In this document: positions 57,201-64,000 of the stretch, in pieces
Layout of the letters: each line of letters starts with the position of its first letter
Position numbering within the stretch: position 1 is the stretch's first letter
NCBI RefSeq assembly: GCF_000142905.1
Contig: NW_013657679.1
Coordinates: 2,657 to 66,656 of the forward strand
Length of the DNA: 64,000 nucleotides
Origin: Thecamonas trahens ATCC 50062
Taxonomy: Eukaryota; Protista; Apusomonadida
Direction of reading: 5' to 3'
Made by a program: the position numbers and the translations under genes
Notes under the pieces: generated by a model
The model's input: only the letters and a program-made list of their open reading frames with translations
Told to the model about the DNA's origin: nothing
Databases searched by the model: none

Positions 57201-60200
57201 GGCAGGAGCTGGCCCATCTGCTCTCCTAGACGACTTTGATGCCGATGGTCTTCCGGACCTTGTCCGGGTCGGCAACGCGTCGTTGGTGATGGTGCGTGGC
57301 CAGAGCTCACTGTCGTTCCGCGACCTCGCGACCTCGCGCCTCCCGCCCGAGTGTGGTGGAGTAGCCGGCTCGTGGGCGTGTACCACTGCCCGCATGGCGC
57401 GCCTTTCATCTGGAAGCGTACTCCATCTGGCACCGGTCCCCCCTGGCGGCTCGCGGTGTGCCCGTGGCCGGCAAGGACCTGGCTACCCTCTGTTCGCACG
57501 AGCGATTACTCTTCGCGACGGGCGGATCGAGTGCACTAGTGGCGGCGTGCTTGGGAAGTTAGTCAATTCTGCAATTGTGACGATCGACTCGGTGATCATG
57601 AGCTCGGGCGCGAGACATGCACCGGTCTTAGAGGCAAGTGATGCTGGTGCTGCGTTGGTTGTTGGCAACGGCGCCAGTCTGTACCTGAGTCACTCGCGGA
57701 TGACTGGCTTTGCCGCACGTGACAGCACGTCCGTGAGCAAGTCAACCTCAGCACTTCAAGGTGGCGCAGTGCATGCTCTGGGCGGATTAATCGTGTCGAA
57801 CACAACGTTTGAAGAGTGCGAGGCGGCGCAGCTCGGCGGCGCCGTTGCCGTTGTGGGATCCGCGGCTTGGGCCACGTTTACGGACACTACTTTTGCACAA
57901 AACGCCGTGACAAGCGCCGCGGGCCCGGGTACGTCTGGCGGTGGCGCTATCGGTGCCTCGCAGGCAGGACTCTCATGCACTCGATGCGTGTTTGATAGCA
58001 ACGTGGCAACCGGGCTCGCGTCGGGCGGTGGCGCGGTGGCTTTACGCGGGACCACCACGTCGGCCTCGTTTTCTGACTCGACATTCGTCGGCAACTCGGC
58101 GCCTGCGGGCTACGGCGGCGCCGTGCTGACCGAGTTTGACGGCGTTGCACTAACGATCACATTCCACATGTGCGTCTTCAACGACTCGTCGGCTCTGATG
58201 GGGGAACCGTCGCTGCCGTCAAGAGCGGCGCGCTCGCTGTCACGTTTGGCGGGGCCACGTTGCCGGATGTACCGCCGCTCAGCACTACATCGCCGCTGAC
58301 AACAACGTCGTCCCAGGCCCACTTCTCGATGTCAGTCATCGGTTCAAGCTCGGCGCGCTATGGCGGCGTAGCTCTGTCATGCGGGGCGATCGTTGACATG
58401 ATGGGTGCCGACATGACGTCGGCTACCGTCTCTTACTCGGGTGCCGGCGGCATCTGGTTCCAATGCCTCCCGCTGACGGCGACAGCCGCGGTGAACATGG
58501 GCCCATCGCCGGGCGGAGGAACACTTGCGACGGCGTCGCCAAGCTACGGCCCGATATTTGCGTCACCAGCAACGATGCTGTCATGGGATCGTGCTGGCGC
58601 TCGGCTCGAGGCGCCTTGGGGTGCCGCTCGGCCTTGCAGCCGGCATGTTTTCGACGCTCGACGCGTTTGGCCAGCCTGTGGCGGACGCGGCCGCATACGT
58701 CGAGCTGGTCGTCGGACTGCCAGCCAGCCTCACGGCCACACAAGCGAGTTGGGACGCTGAGGTGGGAGGCTACTCGTTGCGACGCGTTGCGCTTGAGATC
58801 CAAGGCGGCTACTGGTCCGAGGTCGGGAAGCCGGTGACAGTCATGGCACAGCTTTCGTCGGGCGCGTCACTTTCGGTGCCCGTCGTGGTTACTGCCTGCC
58901 CGATTGGTTACGGCGCAACAACTGAGGATGAGGAGCTGCCGCTCTCGTGCGTTCTTTGTCCCACCGGGACCGAGTCGACCGAAGTCTCGCTTGCGCCATG
59001 CCGCATTGTGCCAACTTGTACTGGAACCGGGTTTCCGATCGATGGCGAGTGCGTGTCGTGCCCGGCCAACACGGTGCGGCTCGCGGGGCCGAACGTCACG
59101 GCAGGCACTACACCGCCTTGTGTGTGCGCAACAGGATTTTGGAACGTAGACAACGCAGCAGACGTGGCGTGCGAAGAGTGCCCCAATGGCGCGCAGTGTC
59201 CGGGTGGATCTGGCTCGGCTGCAGCGCCGTACGCTAGGCCGGGATTCTTCCGCATCGCCACAGGCAGCTACGCTGAGTGCACGGTGCCCAATGCGTGCGT
59301 CGGACATTCGGTGTGCGCGCCCGAGTACAGACCTGGTTCGCTTCTCTGCAAGGATTGCGGCGAGAATGCGTATCGGCAACAGGATGGGACGTGCCGAACA
59401 TGCCCCAACGCGGCGTCGTCGCTGCTCGCACTTCTCATCGGTGTTGTGGTTCTCGCGGCTATTGTTGCGGTCGTGCTCTCGATGCTGGCCGTGAGCCTGT
59501 TCCAGAAGCGGCAGCAAGACATGGCTGCAAGTAGCGGGGCACGAGTCCCGCACACGCTCTCGCTCACAGTCATTTTTTTGCAGGTGCTCGGCATTCTCGC
59601 CCGTGCGCCGTTTAACTGGCCGGAGCCGCCGGTGAAGCAGATTCTGGAGGCCGCCAACGTGGCTAACGTAGACCTCACGTTCTTTGCGGTCGACTGCTCG
59701 CTGCCATCGTTTGTGATCCGCTACTTGATCAACATGCTCCTACCGTTTGCGTTTGGCGCGTTCTTTGTCATCTTTGTCGTGGCGGTCAAGTATGTGCCAG
59801 GCCTCGGGTGCTGCTGCATGCGCGGCGTGGATCGCAGTCGCATACAGATCAAGGACATCCTGTTGTGGGCTGTCTTTACCTTTGGCCCGCTGGTATACAT
59901 CCCGCTCTCGCGGTCGACACTTGTCTTTTTCGACTGCACCCTCTATCCGGATGGCAAGTGGTACCTTGATGCAGAGCCGAGCGAGGAGTGTTTCGCACCT
60001 ACCTGGCTCGGAGTGCTCCCGATTGCGTTGTGCGGGCTAGTGGTGTATGTCATTGCGCTGCCTGCGCTCTTTACCATTATCTTGCACCGGTGGCGGCGCG
60101 AGCTCGACGCGCCGCTTGTGATCCTGCGCTACGGGTCACTGTACTCGGTCTTCCGAAAGCACTACTACTACGCTGGCGTGCCGCTCATGTTCAAGCGGCT

Positions 60201-61044
60201 GCTGATTGTGATATTCTCGGTTTTTGCATCCAACTTGCAGATCATCCTGTTCTCGGGCCTGTTGGCGGTGTTTGTGACCTCAATGCTGGTGCTCACTAAG
60301 CACTCGCCGTACCTGTACCATCCGCTCAATGTTATTGAGATCAAGCTTGACTTGAGCATTGTTGCATTGCTCGTCGGCGGACTGCTGTTCTGGATGAACG
60401 AGTTCCCCAACACGGCAACGTATGTGGTCTTTGCAGTCCTGGCCGTGCTGGTCATTGCCTTTGCAGTCATCACTCTTCTCCTGGGCCTCTTCCGCGAGCT
60501 GATGTACTTCTCGTCGAGGATCAGTCGCGTTTCCGGGGCGGAGGCACAAAACACCACGATCCGGGACCAAGTCTTCATTGACATCGCCAAGAAGCACCTC
60601 CCGGATCTGAGCCCTGGCGTGCGGAACGCCCTTGACGAGCTGGCAGCCCAGGCGTCGAAGCCTGTTGCGACGCCCAGCGGTGACCCAAGTGGTGACATCG
60701 AGATGTATGCGACGCCGGCAGTGGAGAGAGGCGGCTCTGTCAGTGCTGGCGGCTCTGGCAGCTGTGGTACCTCCAGCATCAGCGACAGCGGCTCTTACGT
60801 AGACAGCCCCACGTCTAGCTCCTACGAACGGAGCATCTCGGTCCGATCTGCGCTAGTGACCCGGGCTGGGAACCGGAGCGGCGACAAGAGCACGGCGAGC
60901 GGTAGCTTGGCAGTGTCACAGAGCGGTATGGCAGCGAGCCAGACGCTGCACTCGCGGCTGGCGTCACTCGGCGGGCGGCGAGCATCGTCGAGCACGCGGC
61001 AAACGTCGGCGTCGTATCGACGCGAATCCGGCAGTCTGAGATAA
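54268..61044 (+). CDS. Giant multipass membrane protein: LamG/pentraxin-like domain, FG-GAP/VCBS repeats, PMP-type GGA(I/V) repeats, Cys-rich repeats, ~7-8 TM region (frameshifts at ~58203 and ~58620)
   Basis: FTIEFWYK..DGSWHHVAIV..MDEYRVWS (LamG). Many DLDGDG/DLNNDG/DVNADG motifs. F..N.A..GGAV repeats, CxxCP repeats, and the TM region with CTLYPDGKWYLDAEPSEECF and RYGSLYSVFR. Confidence 0.8.
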
Positions 61045-61080
61045 ATGCTTCAATTGGGACATAGGCAGCGCCACCTTGGC

Positions 61081-63205
61081 TCACCACTTTGTTGTCGCAG
61101 TCGGGGTGCGTGAGCGAGCCGGTGTTCGCGGCGCTTTGCGCGAGCGCGAGCGGGCGCGGACAGGGGACTTGGCGGGAGAGCTGAGGGCCGAGGCCGTGAG
61201 CGACTTGATGCGTGACCGGGTGGTGGCAAGCAGCGCTTTGAGGGAGTGCTCAAGCTCTTCGGTCTGGCGCTCCTTCTCGGTCGGAGCGATCTTAAAGCCG
61301 GACGAGAGAAAGTGGCCGGCCTGGCCCGAGGAGAGCGCGTCCTCGACTTGCTGGACAAAGCTCTGAAGTGAGTAGCTGGGAGAGCCATTGAGCTCTGTGG
61401 AGGCGTAGACGAGGCGGCCGGCGTAGAACATGAGATAGGTTGGCGAGATGCGAACCGCGTACCGATGCTCCAGCATCGCACGGAGGCGCGGCTCGGCAAG
61501 GTCTGCTGTCGCCAAGCTCCAAGCCAGATTGCGTGCACCACCAGCGGCGCGGACGGCGTCGAGGTAGTAGGCTTCGACGTCTGCGACAATGTTGCCGGCC
61601 AGGTTCGCGCTCGGGCCGGACCGGGCAGCGACGACAACGACGACAAGAGTTGACGCCGAGACCTTGCGTATGTAGGCGTCAAAGTTGCGCTCGCGGAGGG
61701 CGACGGCCCGTTTGCGGATCGGCTGCTGGGCGAGGAGGGCAGCTGGTGAGGAGCGGAGCCGGGCTGGCGAGGACGGCGTCGGGCGCGATGGAGTGCGGCC
61801 TGGTGGCGAGGACCGGCGCGAGATGCGCGAGCTGGCCGCTGAGGTGCGGAGCGGTGAGAGTGACGGCGACGGGAGCATCGAGTCAAATGCGGCGGCGAGC
61901 TTGGCGATGGGCGACTCTGCGCCGCGGGCTCTACTCTGCCTCAGTGGCGAGCGTGTGCGGGCGCGCGACGGGGTCGAGGCAATGGCAGGAAGTGGACTGG
62001 CGGTGCGGGCGACGCGGCGCTTGGGTGCGGCCAGCTTGTCGAGCGGAGTGGCTGGAATGTTGAACTCGAGCTTGCCCGACGGCGAGCGTCCGGTGGCACG
62101 GTCGAGATACGAGCCGGCGAGGGTTGGGCGGCCGGTTCCGGCGTTAAAGTCGAGTGAGACGGCCTCAGCGCGAAAGGTAAGCACGTAAAACTGCGACGAG
62201 ACGAGAGCTAGCGAGACGTGCGCATTGAGCTGCATCTCGAGCGGGTCGTCGACCTCGCCCCATTCCAGCCCGTTGATCAGCGAGCCGTCGCGGCCGTAGA
62301 GAGTGACGGTACCCGGAGTGAGGATGGCGCGGACAACGTTGTGCCCGTCGGGGTCACCCGCCACATGACCGAGCCCTGCCCGCGCTCGCCAAAGGTGGCC
62401 AGCGCGTGGCCACCAGACGGATGCATGTCGGCATACACAAATGTTGTCCGCTTTCCGCTCCGCCCCAGCGTGACGCTCATGGCCATGTTACCGGACGGGT
62501 AGTAGACAAAGCCCGAGCCGTCGGGGAGAAAGCGCGCAGCCTTGCGCGATGCGTCATAGTCGATCTCGACCGGCGCACGGAGGTTGTCGTTGGAAAAGCC
62601 CCTCGCGCGGCTGCGCTCCAGCACACCGTGCGTATCAGGCGCGGAGCCGTTTTTGGTCCGCTTCACGCCCGACGACGGGCTACCAGCAGCAAAGGCATCG
62701 GATTCTGGCGAGAACGGCGCGTTCCGAGGCGAGAGACCTTGATCGAGATGGTCGGGCGCCATTGTCTCTCCATCACCTCTTTCTAGGGAGAACGACAAGG
62801 TCTTTGCCACCTCTTTCCTCGGCTCGTTGACCTTGTCTTTGGCCTTGATGGATGTAGTCGAGCCATCCCTCCTAACAGCACCATGTCCATGACCACGAGT
62901 CACAGCAGCCGCCACCACCGATGCTCGTCGACCACCACCCGCATCTGCAGCCATGGGAGTACTTGGTCGACTCGTCGAGCCACCATCGCCATCACCAGCA
63001 CTCCTGCCCTTGCTCTTATCCTTGCTCTTCCGCTTGCTCTTCTTCCCCTTGCCCTTGCTCTTTCCCCCATCACCACCACCAGTGCAAGGAATTGACCGAC
63101 GCTGCTGCAGTGTGACGTTTCTGGTGGTACAACGGCACCACCACCACCACCACCACCGGTGGTGCTCTTGCTCTTCTTCTTCCGCTTCTTCTTCCCCTTG
63201 CCCAT
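61081..63205 (-). CDS. FAM194-domain protein with C-terminal thioredoxin-like region (frame breaks at ~63085 and ~62362)
   Basis: FLPDGSGFVYYPSGNMAMSV..TTFVYAD..LATF..GQGSV resembles FAM194. C-terminal RYAVRISPTYLMFYAGRLVYA; Lys-rich N-terminus MGKGKKKRKKK. Confidence 0.7.
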
Positions 63206-63334
63206 GACTGTTCGAAGGGGAATATGGCTGGTGAGAGGAGTGAGGCTTGTGCTCTGGGGGCTGTGGCGGTGGCTGGGTGGGTGGGTGGCTGGAGGTATTT
63301 GGTGAGTTGGTGCTGTTGATCGGCAGAGGGCAAC

Positions 63335-63650
63335 GGTCGGTCGGTTGGTTGGTTGGTCGGCCAACTTGGTCGGCCAACTTGGTCGGCCACTCGGTCGGCC
63401 ACTCGGCCGATGGGTCGAACAATCGGTCGGCCACTCGGTCGGCCACTCGGTCGGCCACTCGGTCGGCCACTCGGTCGGCCAACTTGGTCGGCCACTCGGT
63501 CGAACACTCGGCCAATGGGTCGAACAATGGGTCGGCCACTCGGTCGGCCACTCGGTCGGCCAACTTGGTCGGCCACTCGGTCGAACAATCGGTCGGCCAC
63601 TCGGTCGAACACTCGGTCGGCCACTCGGCCGATGGAACGGCCACTCGGTC
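63335..63650. repeat. 12-13 bp minisatellite (ggtcggccactc / ggtcggccaactt / ggtcgaacaatc variants)
   Basis: About 25 tandem units are directly visible. Confidence 0.92.
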
Positions 63651-63819
63651 CATGGGTGGGTCAATCCCGTGAAAGTGTGCCATCCACACACATGCAAGGA
63701 ATTGACCGACGCTGCTGCAGTGTGACGTTTCTGGTGGTACAACGGCACCGACGGTTGCCTTCCATACACACACACACACATACATATACACACGCACGTG
63801 CACCTGTCTACAACTCTCG

Positions 63820-64000
63820 ATGGACGGCTACTCCTCGGGTGCGCTTGTTGCGGCAGCAAAGGGTGGCGACTTGCCCAGTGTCCAGTCGTATGTCGTGGCA
63901 GGCGCGCCGCTGCAAGTTCTCCACGATTTGGGTGCAGAGGCGGCAGCGGGAGCTGCGGCCGGCGATGACGACTCCAACTCGGTACTCAAGATGGTGCAGA
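63820..64000 (+). CDS. 5' part of a possible ankyrin-type protein, truncated by the window end
   Basis: MDGYSSGALVAAAKGGDLPSVQSYVVAGA resembles an ankyrin helix pair; the frame is open to the window edge. Confidence 0.4.
   Translation, partial: MDGYSSGALVAAAKGGDLPSVQSYVVAGAPLQVLHDLGAEAAAGAAAGDDDSNSVLKMVQ

Noticed and set aside
63335-63650. CRISPR-like array
   Set aside because: Units are contiguous 12-13-mers without unique spacers, the context is eukaryotic, and no cas genes are present.
62277-63859. Long minus-strand ORFs with TEWP/ADRV/RPSG repeats
   Set aside because: The repeat portions are translations of the minisatellite; the credible coding start is MGKGKKK at 63205.

Overview
GC-rich, gene-dense eukaryotic genomic DNA with short GT-AG introns, a Pol III tRNA gene and two N-gaps. 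Gene content and style suggest a protist such as the apusomonad Thecamonas; this is inference only. Recognisable housekeeping genes: AlaRS, RPL31, NSE3/MAGE, tRNA-Leu(CAA), eIF3h, a COPI-associated membrane protein, a VTT/Tvp38 protein, a Mia40-like protein, RRS1, TSR1, a DHTKD1-type dehydrogenase E1, DeSI2, a CTL/Pns1 transporter, a SAPS/PP6R protein, YjbQ, MSH4 and a FAM194 protein. Several multidomain proteins are unusual: a spliced WH2-polyproline-SH3-PX-BAR (WIP-like/SNX9-like) fusion, a solute-binding-protein receptor with apparently dead kinase-cyclase-kinase domains, a TBC RabGAP fused to a degenerate kinase-like/LRR/ankyrin region, and a giant LamG/FG-GAP/PMP-repeat multipass receptor. 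About a dozen genes carry small frameshifts, mostly single-base and at homopolymers, which are most likely sequencing errors. Two genes contain exact ~60-nt copies of sequence lying ~620 nt away. All domain calls come from motif recognition by eye, not from database searches.
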